From Lytechinus pictus (taxonomy: Eukaryota): DNA of 64,000 nucleotides. Under the pieces are notes generated by a model, which saw only the letters and a program-made list of their open reading frames with translations, was not told where the DNA came from and ran no database searches. How positions within the stretch are numbered: position 1 is the stretch's first letter; each line of letters opens with the position of its first letter. Below are positions 39,694 through 52,474 of the stretch, one piece after another. The DNA lies in the NCBI RefSeq assembly GCF_037042905.1, contig NC_087252.1:10976001-11040000 (forward strand), read 5' to 3'. The translations under genes and the position numbers were made by a program.

Positions 39694-41140
39694 AGTTGAA
39701 TTAAGAAGGGGGTGAGTTTCCATAAATATAGGTTCTACATACAATATATAGTATATATAAGTTGTTCAAACACATAGCATGTCACAATAATCCTCTGCCT
39801 TCTCGATATTTTGCTTTGAAAGTCTATGAAATTAGCCACCTGTCAGAGCCCGAGAGACGAGTGTACAGAAAAGTCACTCGGAGTGTGACGTCACCGGGGG
39901 GAATTTAGTATAAGAGGTGCCTGAATGTCATACAGAAATGCTATGCAGAGAGAGAAAGATATTTTACAATTTTTTTTCAAAGCAACTCAAATCAAATAAA
40001 TAGGACTGATATGTACAAATCTTTACTTTCCCTGTATAAAAAACAGTATGAATAACCACCATGAACTCTTCAATCATGATGTAAGATAGCAAACAGTGAG
40101 TTATTGAATGATATTTTCACTATTTCTCATTTATTTTATCACGATGTTCAATCAAGTGAGTAGCTGGAAAGTAATTCCGGCGGCTAGCTCAGCGCGCGCT
40201 GAACGCATAATACTAGTACACACAACACCCAGGCATTGAGTGTACTGTTATGGTCTGGTATGTCGACTTAGTTCATGGCCGTGCAGCGATCCCCTGGCGT
40301 TTTTTCTTCTTTTCTTTTGTCTTTGACTCCACTTTTATATCCTCTGGATCATTTCCACTCATAGCTCATTCCACAGAACAATCTTGAACCAAACGTATAG
40401 TATTCTTTCTCGGCCTTCTGAGTTGTTTTCTATATTTAATTACGCTAGGGGTCACCGTCACACATACAAACGCAATTCGGAAGTGAGTTGAAGACAGAAA
40501 GATATATTAGTATACATCTCTATGGTTGAAGACAACAAGAACGGTACGGTAGCTCGACAGCTAGCTGCGCCGGAGCGGGCGGCCGGTCGACACAAAGCAA
40601 TTCCGCAACCAACTGTGTTTTTTTGCAAGAGCCGCGTCACACGCGGATAAATATGTCATAATAACACGTCTGCTACGTTATCGACTGGTGAGAAGATCTC
40701 GATCAAATTTCATATTATTCACCTTGAAATTATTCCTTTAGGGTCTATGGTATCATTCTGAGGGAATTCACATATTTGGAATAATAGTACGGCCACAAAT
40801 ATTTTAATCATTTCCTCTTTGCAAGTTCTATGGCTCGCAGATACAACTTCAACTGCAGTTATTCCATATGAAGGAGTACGTGTATAGTACACAAAACGGC
40901 ACTGCCTTGATTACTACACCGGGACCGAATACCCCCCGGTGACGTCACACTCAAAGAACACCCGTCTCGGTAGGCATTGCAGGAGCGAACTCAGGGAAAA
41001 TGGGTAGGGATAAATCGTTCAAATTCACTATTTTGAAAAAAGAAAATGGGGGGTCGAATCACCTATTAGTGTTTGGGGGGTTGTAAGGTTGCTATTAATG
41101 TAAATATCTCAATATTTGGAATCGTCTTCTTAATTCAACT
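39694..41140. mobile_element. Kolobok-like non-autonomous DNA transposon inserted in the 5' LTR
   Basis: 15-bp perfect TIR AGTTGAATTAAGAAG; TTAA TSD; empty site in the other LTR; internal inverted GAGTGTGACGTCACCGGGGG pair (about 39881 and 40933). Confidence 0.9.
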
Positions 41141-43599
41141 TTAAGTAAATAAACTAGACAACTTTGAGGTTACGTGTGACTGTCTTTAATGACCATGGCC
41201 AAGAGACCAACACTAGATGGCGCACTTACAATTTGCGGTTGTAACATCGAATCATCATAATACAACATACTGGCGCAGTATGGATTTTATCTGTTTGTGT
41301 GTTTCTACTATGAGTTTTGTGATTCTAATTATTTCAGAACACTATTTTCATTTGTTGAGGTTAAAAACAACAAAAATTATTGAAAAAAAAAATTATAAAT
41401 CATATTTCCCGTTTTTTACATATTTACCGGACGGTATTTACCGGTATTTACCACCGGTAATTACCGCTACCGGTATTTACCGCCCAACCCTGGTTCCAGA
41501 GATCTTGTTGGAACGTAACTCCTTGCTCGTTTTATAACACTTTCATACGCTTTATATTTTTTTGGCAGTTTTGATAACCTTTTCCACATGTTCCGTCCAT
41601 CGCAACTCCACATCAATAATAACACCAAGGCACTCATGACCTTCTTAACTCTCAGCATCACATTCGTCTTATCAGCATTAAGAACTAGACGGCATTTACT
41701 TACCAATGAGAATACACTTTTCATACTTTTGGTTAGCTTTTGTTCTACTTCTATAGCATTATTTCCGCTAACTGTAAGAGTTGTGTCGTCAGCGTACATA
41801 TCAACAATGCCAATGTAAATACATTTTGGTAAACTATTAATATAGATAGAAAAAAAGAAGTGATCCAGTAATGGAACCTTGTGGGACACACATTCTCACT
41901 TTTGACGAATTTGAAGTAGTCCCTTTAAAATAAGCCATCTGCCCTCGATTAGATTAATATGATACAAACCATTGGATACTGCTATTAGAACAGACAATAC
42001 CTTTCAATTTTTGTAACAAAATACTATGGTCAACAGTATTGAATGCGTTCCTCAAATCGATAAAAGCAACACCTGTTAATTTGTTATCGATATTCAATGA
42101 CCACTGGTTAACTAGCTTCATTAGAGCTGTTGCTGTTGAGTGAAGAGGACGAAAATTTGATTGGTTACGATGCATTATTTTATTTCTGTCAAGAAAGTCA
42201 CATACTGTAAATGTACAGCTTGTTCTAGAATCTTGCTTACCACGGGTCGCTACGAAATGGGTCTGTAATTATTTGTAGTCGACGTATCACCGGTCTCGTA
42301 CATCGGAATTATCCTTGCCTTTTTTCAAGATCTTTGGCACATGCCCTGTTGTAATTGATTTATTTATGAGCCAAGTTAAAGAAATCAACCATTACAAATT
42401 TTGCCATTTTTAAAAGACGGCAACTTATTCCGTCATCACCAGTTGCTTTATCATCACTAATATTTTCAATCTCTTTTAAAACAAATGCGTTTGTAACTTG
42501 ATGTAATTAAAATTCAATTCGCCTTCTGTATCAATGATCTCGCTCTCATTTAGAATGGTTTCTGAAAGTCTGGGGATGTCAAGTGTAATATTTTGAGCAC
42601 ACGTAACGAAATATTCATTAAAACTTTGAGCAATACCTTTGTCATCAGTAATCTTCGTCCCATTCACTTCTAGGCTACTAGGTAGTACCTGACTAGATTT
42701 AGGTATGATATGCTTGATACTCTGCCACTTCCCTTTACTCGTATCAATCTGAGAACTGTGATAATTTTTTTTCCTTCCTCAGAAAATAATTTGTTCTTTG
42801 ATTCTTTATACCTCTTCCATGATGAGGCACTACCCTTCTTCAGTGCCATATCATGAGTATAATCTCTTTCATGCATCATTTAAATTATTTTCTTATTGAT
42901 CCAAGGGCAAGCATTATTTCGTATCCTTTTTCACAGATCGGCGTTTGTTTATTAGCAATACTAGTACCTTACCTTAAAATGGACTTATCCATATCCGTCT
43001 TGTCTACTTGATCATGATGATCTCTGGAGTAAGTTGGCTCCAACATGTCCAAATTGGTTATCAGCAATTTAATTGCTTGCTCTAACTTTTTCCCAGAAAC
43101 CATGAAGAAATTTCCCCATTTTTGAAATTCTAATGATTCATAATTCAATTCAATCATATGGCCAGTGCCAGGCTGTACGCACCAAACATTGGTGCACGGG
43201 AGGTAGTGTATCGATCTCGTGCTTAGCACTCTGTGTGTTTTATTACCAAAGTAGCACGCGGCGCACGATGTCTTTGGTATGCAACGGAGGGCCTTGTCTG
43301 AGGGATGGAGTGATGACTCTATAATATAGCTAGCTCACGCCCGCTAAATTTAGGAGATCTCGCGCATCATTGACGCTCTCCTTAACTTGAATTTCGGCTT
43401 GAATATGAACATTTAATTACAGGTTTTTTTTTTTAGGTGTTTGGGCGGGATAAAGATTACTTTAAGCGGGATATACAGGACCTGGGCGGGAGATATTAAA
43501 TCTCAAACGAGAGAACGGAAGATTTTACGAAAGAAAGTGGGCTTTCGGCAGGAGATCTCCCGCCGAAAGCAAGAGAGTTGGAATCTCTTCAATTCGCCC

Positions 43600-44045
43600 T
43601 CCCTGTAAGACCTGATTTTTTTTGGAAAGATCTTAATCCGCAGCCGCGGTACCAGGCAACATGCTTGCATTGGATCAATATCGGAAAACTTGAAACTCAG
43701 CTCATCGGATGTTGGGAGACAGTTGTGTCAACGTTGGGACAAGATCAGAAATTGGTTCCATTGACAGGTACACGAGGACACAACGTTGAGCCTGACTTAG
43801 TTGAAAGTTGTTGGACAACCAAGAATGATTCACGATGTTGGCGACGTTTACTGAGAGTGGTTGGACAACAACCAGCGATGAGGTTGGCCAGGTTTGAAAC
43901 TGTTTAGTATGAATGTCGGATATGGCACACCGTTGGAGACTGGATTGGTGAGGGGTGATTGGGAAAAACAACGATGATAACGTTGTTGGCACGATGTTCC
44001 GTTTACATACGTTCAGACGTTGTTGGCATAACTGGAACTGCATGA
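43600..44045. repeat. Second copy of the GTTGG-rich interspersed repeat
   Basis: Homologous to 21395-21880. Confidence 0.7.
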
Positions 44046-44362
44046 TAACTAGACATGACCTACATTTTAGGAAATTATTCTCGTTATATTGTAATTAGCG
44101 TAAATGATGTAAACGTGTTAAATCTAGGTTTAAACCTAGCAAAGTCTAAACTAGAATTTCAACAACTTTGCTATGGAAAGCTGGGCTTCATGATCATATT
44201 CGTGGCAATTATAGAATTATAGAATTATCATTAAAATCAACAATATTTTTAGTACTTTCCTATCTTTCCCATTTCGACGACTCGGGCTGGAGCATTAATT
44301 ATTGCCAGACAACATTGGACATGTTGGAGTAGAGTTGTGTGTATATAATCCACATATGATAA

Positions 44363-44423
44363 GTGCAAACCTGAAGAGTGGGAGCAGCGTTCTTGCTGTT
44401 CCTACGAAACAGATATAGTGCAT
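44363..44423 (+). ncRNA. Degenerate type I hammerhead ribozyme motif
   Basis: GTGCAAAC-CTGAAGA-GTGGGAGCAGC gttctt GCTGTTCCTAC-GAAA-CAGATA-TA-GTGCAT; 11-bp stem II including G-U pairs. Confidence 0.65.
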
Positions 44424-45002
44424 GAAGTTACACTAATTTAAACTTATTTGTTTATATATTGCTATTATTATAATTATTATCATATGATATCACTATTAAT
44501 TTCAATATTAATATTATTGTTATTATTATAATTATTTTTATTTATCATGATTCACCATATATATTATTATTATGATGTTCGACGGTAAACTATTTGAGGG
44601 ATGATTACACAGGCTATCCCCCACTACGAAAAGTCAAGGGGGATATATTCCCATCCCCCTGGATGTATGCCCGTGAAATCAACATTCGCGTACTCATGGT
44701 CAGAAATGACATTAGAATGGAGAAATTTCGTTAAAATACACATAATACATCATTATCCCTAATAGTCCCGAGTTGAGAAAATAAATTATATTGGCCTTAC
44801 ATACAAGTATTTCACCATTTAAAACCTTGAACAGAGAATGAAATCGGCCGCCCGATGCACAGGAGGAGTGAATATAAAGTACTCACTTTTTGTCAATCGA
44901 AAAAAAAAAGTTAAAACAAAATATATTGTGAAAGAAATGTTGTGAAACATATTGAAGTAAAATATATCCCCCCACACACACACACCCTCACAGGATGTGG
45001 CA

Positions 45003-45023
45003 TTATATATATATATACATTAC

Positions 45024-45056
<33 letters not shown>

Positions 45057-45360
45057 CATATATATATATAAATATATGTATATAAATATATGTATGTATA
45101 TACATACATATATATATACATACATAATATATACATATATATATACACTCTTAAAAATGTTGGGCAACATACGGTCCACACAACAATTGGTTAAAACTTT
45201 ATCCAATTCTGGGTAGTTTTACACCAATAATGTGTGCTTTGGGTGAAAACTACACAGTATTGGTTGAAAACTACCCAGAATTGGATAAAGTTTTAACCAA
45301 TTGTTGTGTGGACCGTATGTTGCCCAACATTTTTAAGAGTGTACATATATATATATATAA
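45003..45360. repeat. Degenerate (TA)n microsatellite hosting a MITE
   Basis: TA/TACA runs on both sides of 45146-45341. Confidence 0.95.
45146..45341. mobile_element. 196-bp foldback MITE with CAC termini and TA TSD (EnSpm/CACTA-like)
   Basis: 75-bp perfect TIR starting CACTCTTAAAAATGTTGGGC; TA on both flanks. Confidence 0.93.
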
Positions 45361-45811
45361 TACGTAGTGAACATACTTTGTCATGTTTGTATTATTATTA
45401 GCTCTACGAAGTATTCTAACTGTAAGTTTGATACGTATCTTAAGCGCATGTGTGAAAGGATGCGCGAGAATAATAAGTGTATGTGATCGCGAGAATTCTT
45501 ACATGCTTACAAACTTGTGCTTACTCTTGTGAATTTTATGTACATATTTAAAACCAATATCTTTCAAAAATAAACAAATTTTTTGTATAAATACAAGTCC
45601 ATAACCACACATATATATGATGATATATAGTATATTCTTTAAGACGTCTGTTTATAGATTTTCATAAGGCGGCTGCCATTCTTATTGACTTCAACGATTC
45701 AAATTACGACCTAAATTAGCCTTACTTAAGTTGTAGTAACCTTCTTCTATGTAAACACATTCCGCAAATTTGTTTGTACATTTGTTTGTACACTGTTTCT
45801 CTTGTACTTCA

Positions 45812-45850
45812 GATACCTGAAGAAGGCCCAAATATGGCCGAAAGCTTGTT
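45812..45850 (+). ncRNA. Minimal hammerhead-like motif of Penelope pLTR type
   Basis: AC-CTGAAGA-A-GGCC caaatat GGCC-GAAA-GC-TT-GT, then AATAAA (45854) and (TA)n at 45929; stem I is weak. Confidence 0.5.
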
Positions 45851-46671
45851 GTGAATAAACTTGATGAACTATACCCCGGCTACGTCGATTGCTTTATTCT
45901 CGCTGTATCTACATATAGCATCCTCTCAATATATATATATATATATATAACTAAAACTGCAACAGCATCATGTCAATATAAAGAACATGAGCATTAATAC
46001 ACATCTATACGCAAGTGAAGTGTAAGAAGAAAGGAAAAATAAGTTGCTCTTTTCAGTCTGGTAGACAGAAAAAATATTGATGTGTCTCGAATCTGACATT
46101 TCATGAACCCACCCCTACACAAGTCATGACTGCAGCGTTAATGATGATTTCTCGGATAATTATTGTGAGACAAATATAACTGTACATGTATTTTTGTATA
46201 GGGAAACACTTTGTTTTTGGAAAAGGTTGTTTATAATAAGCTTAAATGTTGTCAGGTATCATAATTACCAAAATAACATTTAATTTCCTCTGAGAGACTG
46301 ACCTAATCCATGAATGTTTAGCGATACCGTCATTGCAGTTTATTTATATTCAACTCATGTTTTATTTAATTATTCTTTAATATTCATTCTGTATAAGATT
46401 GGATTTTTTGACGAATGAAATTCTACTATTGATATCAAAAGCTGGCTTATAGTCAGGGCATCTAACATAATTATCAGTCGTCAAATATTTATATAAGATA
46501 AGGGTATTGCTTCATAAAGAATTATTTTCATTAAAAAAATGCACAATTTAGCCTAAATAACAAATTTAATATCTACCTATCAGATTGCACGACTTCAGTA
46601 GGACCTAAGTTTTATTAAACCAGCCCCAGACGTTAGGAGGGAAACCGATAATCCAATTGATCATGATACTG

Positions 46672-46825
46672 GTGGGTGTTTCATAAAGCTGTTCGTAAGA
46701 TACGAATGACTTTACGCATGACTGGTGATCCTTTCTTGTGCTATGTGATATCCCTATGTAATTGAGTTATGACCTAAGAACATGTTCCAGTCGTAACTTT
46801 ACGAACAGCATTATGAAACACCCAC
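46672..46825. mobile_element. MITE, Harbinger-like (CTG TSD)
   Basis: TIR GTGGGTGTTTCATAAAGCTGTTCGTAA / TTACGAACAGCATTATGAAACACCCAC; CTG flanks. Confidence 0.88.
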
Positions 46826-47768
46826 CTGATTGGGGTTTAAAGATTTTGAACGCATGAATGACGCATGGGGGGGGGTGAGAATGTGATGGGGTAGAGATAT
46901 AATTGCACAATACTACGTCTACAATAGCAATTGGATTGTCCTCCATTCAGGTAATGTATTACATGATAAATAAATAGGGGGAAAATACGTGATCTTGGAG
47001 AACTGTGAAATAAGAATGATATCCACCTCATTATCCACCACCTCCATCCCCCCCCCCATTTCTGGCAAAACCCACATTCACATACATACTGGCATAAATA
47101 CGTTTAAACAATATTAGGATGATAGCTGTTCAATTGACATCTGATAACACACATATACCCTTACCCTGAACACACCTTTAGATATGTGAGCACACACACT
47201 TTCGAATTCACACCCACGATCCGCCCACTCTCATAGTTACATCTTGCGTTACACACACACACCCACCCAGGTCTATACAATCAAACACAACGTGATCAAT
47301 AACATGCTCTTTTGACCATTGCAAAATTTATAACACTATTATTAGATATGATATAATCGTAACTCTTGAATTAACACTGGCCTTTGATTTGATACTGACA
47401 AACACGTCATGTGTAGTTAACAGCCAATAAAAATCTATTATTCCACCATGAGCAGTTACTTTAATGGCAAATTTACGATTTAAGTGAATTCAGTTTGCAT
47501 ATCTGGCCCATGATAGTAAAAACAAAAAGCCACCTATAGTTAAAACGTCTCAAGATCAATTTACACTTTTATGTCGAAATTGTGCCCAATATACTTAACG
47601 AAATGTGGGTTTATCCTTTTAGAAAAAGAATTACTGCGCTTCACGAACTTAAATTCTGGTTAGCACATTATCTCTATGCAAATGAAACGCTAAAAAAAGT
47701 CCAACCCAACTTGATTTTCAAGCAGACAAAATCATGTATTCCAGACTTGCGTTTGATTCTTCGTATAG

Positions 47769-49254
47769 CAACGCAAATGTTAATATATGCAACGAGACCC
47801 CGAAGGACTAATTTGACAGTTTAATTATATGGTCGTTCTTAAATGTGGCAATGTAACGAGGCAATGTCAAATGTTCCTATTGACACTGAAGCGTTGAATG
47901 CGTAATTAAGATGTACTGAGACATCACTTGTATCAGCGAAAGACATACATGACAAACCAGGGCCCTGGGAATATTTTAACAGGGGGAGTTGGTTTAAAAT
48001 ATGACAAGCAGAAAAAAAGGTTTACACTACAAAAGGGATCGAAAAGAAGGTAAGTTTGGTCACGAGAAATTTGTCAAGCAAGAAAAAAATGCTTTCGATA
48101 AGAATAAAGGTGGTTTTGATCAAAGAAAAAAAGCCAAGCAAAAAGAAAAGTTTTCGCTACAAAAATTAGGATGATTTCAGTTACATTTTAGCTCTTTAGC
48201 ATACCCACCGGATTTTCAGGGGGTGCTGCCTATGACGAATAACACACGCAGTACCCCCCTACGTAAATATTAAGGGTACATTGGCACCTCCAGTACCCCC
48301 GCTTCCCAGGGTCATGTGATGAACTCTCTCCTGAACCAACGTGTAGAAACAGAGACTGGTATCGAACAGGAACAACCTGTCCTGTCCTCAAATGAAATCA
48401 TATGATCATTCATCGATTCTAATATACGACTTACTTATTTCATTTCTTATGTAAATACTAAATGATCCATATGCCCATCATTCCTACCATGTATTCATTT
48501 CATTTCGTTTAACAACGCAAATGTTAATACATGCAACGAGACCCCGAAGGACTAATTTGACAGTTTAATTATATGGTCGTTTTTAAATGTGGCAATGTAA
48601 CGAGGCAATGTCAAATGTTCCTATTGACACTGAAGCGTTGAATGCGTAATTAAGATGTACTGAGACATCACTTGTATCAGCGAAAGACATACATGACAAA
48701 CCAGGGCCCTGGGAATATTTTAACAGGGGGAGTTGGTTTAAAATTTGACAAGCAGAAAAAAAGGTTTACACTACAAAAGGGATCGAAAAGAAGGTAAGTT
48801 TGGTCACGAGAAATTTGTCAAGCAAGAAAAAAATGCTTTCGATAAGAATAAAGGTGGTTTTGATCAAAGAAAAAAAGCCAAGCAAAAAGAAAAGTTTTCG
48901 CTACAAAAATTAGGATGATTTCAGTTACATTTTAGCTCTTTAGCATACCCACCGGATTTTCAGGGGGTGCTGCCTATGACGAATAACACACGCAGTACCC
49001 CCTACGTAAATATTAAGGGTACATTGGCACCTCCAGTACCCCCGCTTCCCAGGGTCATGTGATGAACTCTCTCCTGAACCAACGTGTAGAAACAGAGACT
49101 GGTATCGAACAGGAACAACCTGTCTTGTCCTCAAATGAAATCATATGATCATTCATCGATTCTAATATACGACTTACTTATTTCATTTCTTATGTAAATA
49201 CTAAATGATCCATATGCCCATCATTCCTACCATGTATTCATTTCATTTCGTTTA
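47769..49254. repeat. Tandem duplication of a 744-bp unit (two near-identical copies), each containing a decayed CAGGGCCC-type MITE
   Basis: Copies start at 47769 and 48513; I found 4 substitutions and a 1-nt indel. Confidence 0.95.
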
Positions 49255-50422
49255 TTACCATTCCAACATTTACAATTTGTTTCGTACATTTTGATATACA
49301 AATTGATGCAGGAAAACATAGCAGCAGATTCCTATGTATAAAAATGATTATAATACAAAATAACATATTATTACGTTGAGAACGGAGGAGGCTGCCAAAA
49401 AAAGTGGAGCTTGTAGAGTGCAACCTCCTAATAAATTTCATCAAAATAGATTGTCTTTGATAATTTTTATGTGAATGCTATTAACATGTATTAAAAAGGT
49501 TAATTCAATCATGGGCAATTTGTAATACTGACTGTAAGTAATGATCACATCTCTCCATAATTTTAACATTCCTTTCCATCTTAACACCATGATGATATTT
49601 ACTAGACCACTAGACGTTGATTTTGAAAAAAAAAATGAATTATTGAATCATTCACAATTTAACGATATCAGTTATGTCTCCCAGTCTAATCTGGAATACT
49701 CCCCAGGGAGTGAAAGATGTTCAGATATTATGTGCGAGAAGGACTGTTTGAATGCGATTACCGGGGTGATGCTAAAGCTGTAAGGGCTTAGATTGTACAA
49801 TGTATATCTAAATGGCATTATATCAAAGCAGATTAGTATTTTAATTACTATTCTTATTTACCATCTCTGCTAGATTATAAGCATGTATAGCACCAGAGGC
49901 TCCAATAATTAAAGGGCCTTATATACTTGTGTTGTTGGTTTTTTTTCCGAGTTCAACTACATGCAAGTTACTAGTATGACAACTCTGCTAATCATTGGTT
50001 AGTTCCATGGGGATTTGATCATAGACCAATCAAAGCCGATGAATTAAGTTTCATTTTGATTGCAAAATTCCAATAATTGTGATTTTTTTTTGCAAGGAGG
50101 CACACAAATAACATACTGGGGGCAAATTCGGTATCAATGATTCCATCTCCCCCACCCCAAATATTTGCAACCACCACTCCCCCAAAAAAAGTTTTTCTTG
50201 CAAGAAAGGGACCAATTTGCACAAATTAAGGAGCTTTCACAATTGCTCGTACGATCGTTTGCGATCATTTGGTCACAACGTTTGTTGTACAGAATCGCAA
50301 CGCTTTAAGCAACACCATTTGTGAAAGGGGGTTAACCGGGGTAGTAAGATGTCAGTCAGTGAACCGATCACCCCCCCCCCTGGAAAACCTGAGAAGCAAG
50401 GCAAACATTCAGCACTCCCCTA

Positions 50423-50586
50423 AGACCTCGGTCAAATTTGCTCTAGGGCGGCCGTACGGCGAGTCGAAAGCAGCCGTTTTATTCATTTCTATTCAAACCA
50501 CCTATATGTAGCTAGTACAAAAAATGTTAAAACGGCTGTTTTCGACTTGCCGTCTGGCCGCCATAGATCAAGTGTGACCGAGGTAT
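50423..50586. mobile_element. Foldback MITE (Harbinger-like)
   Basis: ACCTCGGTCA..GGCGGCC..CGAGTCGAAAGCAGCCGTTT / AAACGGCTGTTTTCGACTTG..GGCCGCC..TGACCGAGGT; TWA-like flanks, exact ends ambiguous. Confidence 0.8.
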
Positions 50587-52474
50587 TAAGGAAATATTTC
50601 ATGTTTTCCAGAAGGTGGTGGTGTAACAGCTGGGAATGGCCTATCCCTGACCAACCTGCGCAGATATTGCCAGAGTTCTGCGCAATTAGGCCGAAGGAGC
50701 TGAGGCCACAAGGCCAAGGACAATATGTCCAAGGCTCAAGGTCTTGAGGATCAAAATACCGTGGTTTTCCTTAAAAATAGATCTGACTTACCTTATTGAT
50801 ATACCTTATTGGAATATGCGGGATACACTCGGTAACATAAAGGTTGACACATGAACGGCGTATTACACCCTTAACATACATAAACACACACACGCGCGCA
50901 CCCTCACCCTCACGCAGTCAAGCACACACACACACTCACACATCCAAAGACGCAAAAAACCCTCCCTCCCACACACACAAACAAACGCACAGCCCTATAT
51001 ACCTCACCAACCCTCTACCTCGCGCACGCACACAGAACCGACACACACGTTTACCCTCACACCATTTGTTTTCATCGCACGTTTCTACACACACAAACAC
51101 CCACACCCACCCACCCTAACACTCTCCTATCTTTCCACTATAGATTCAACAAAACCTGCATCCGCGTATGAACACACGCGGTCAACACCGTGAGGATCGT
51201 GGTCCCGGATCGTAGTTTTCTTGATGACTTTATTGTTTGATCTGGGCTTGATAATAATATAATACTACCACCCACGTCTGTTTTCTACAAAAGCATACCA
51301 ACTCTAGTTTAAAACATTGTGTTCAATAATTTAAAAAGTGGTTAATATCTTTAAACATCAAACTCATCAAACGGGTAAGCACTACATGGTCCGTATGCTG
51401 AAGTCTGGGTTGATTTAAACTCTGGTTCGCAATTGTGACACAATTGTATTGGTCCAGCCTGCTGGGAGTTTCATTAAATCATCCAATCCACCCTGACATA
51501 TCCTCTTTTATGAACATACACTGGGGTGACTCCAGGATATGTTAATGGGGGGGGGGGGGGGGCTGGGGTGGTAGACGACCTAATAGGGATGTCACATATT
51601 TCTTTCTGAATTGCATTATTAGTGTATTGTTACAAGGATCAGAATTCCCCTTTTATCCTTTATCTGCTTCATTCTTTTTTTCCCTTTCGATCCTCGTTTT
51701 TCAGGGTTTTTCCCACCTTTTCCGTCTTCTTAACAAATCAAGGGCAGCGGTCGTCCCTGGATTGTGGCACTGCAAATTGCATCAAAATTAAACATCACAT
51801 CAAAGTATTCTTTGTTTGATCGCTCATGGTAATAATGCCTCTTTTTCTTTTCAAAATGTGATTTCATTACAGAGATGACAGCTCAACTTGTCGCGGGGTG
51901 ACAATTTGTGGTGCAACAGCATTGATAGTTCTAAGGAAATGCGTATCATCATGCGTTATCTCGTAAAAATGAAATGATGTATGCTTTGTAAATATAATAT
52001 TTAGCATCAAGGAAATAGGATGGCACATTGTTGTAAAACGTTTCAACTTTGGTCACAGATAGTTTGTGTTATCCGAATGGCGTTGTGAAAATAACATGGG
52101 GCTGTTGTAAGATATGCTTGTGATGTGATATTTTAACGATTATGAATATGATAAAACGTGAAAGAAGTAAATTTCGTTCATTTCAATTAGCGTACGGCAA
52201 CATACACTTGAATATTCTTGACTGGATTTGAAATCATACCACTTTCAACATAGTTTTTTAAGCCGCCATTGACGACTTTATCATTTCTAGGAAGCAATCG
52301 ACGAACGAGTGAAATGCTATTTCTACCATTCTTATTCTTATGTATTGGTAAAGGCATCCTTTGTTTATCATGCATTCATAAAGAGTTCAATGCACATTAT
52401 ATTCACTGCTAGTGAATATTTGTTCTAACAGTTCTTTCGAGATTTTGATCAGTATCAATTGGTGAAATATAACC

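Larger units (their letters stand above)
35232..41275 (-). mobile_element. Non-autonomous LTR retroelement (Gypsy-derived) with 159-bp LTRs
   Basis: LTR 35232-35390 and split LTR 39666-39693 + 41145-41275 (3 substitutions); PBS TGGTGGCAGC (tRNA-Leu-like) abutting the 5' LTR; polypurine tract next to the 3' LTR; protease-like ORF; no RT or integrase seen. Confidence 0.88.
34098..41492. mobile_element. Non-autonomous hAT-type element (8-bp TSD) carrying nested insertions
   Basis: Termini CAGGGTTGG / CCAACCCTG; TSD GTTCCAGA (34090-34097, 41493-41500); subterminal GGTATTTACC repeats at both ends. Confidence 0.9.
32027..42965 (-). mobile_element. Decayed L2/CR1-group (Crack-like) LINE, split by nested insertions (pieces 32027-32867, 33912-34097, 41493-42965)
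   Basis: RT motifs FIDLRNAFNTVDH and YADDT; N-terminal RNNACPW; C-terminal LQKVQKRAAR..GWMP..AVMMYK..APTYL; 3' tail CAGGG..CCCTG + (AAAT)n; multiple frameshifts. Confidence 0.9.
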
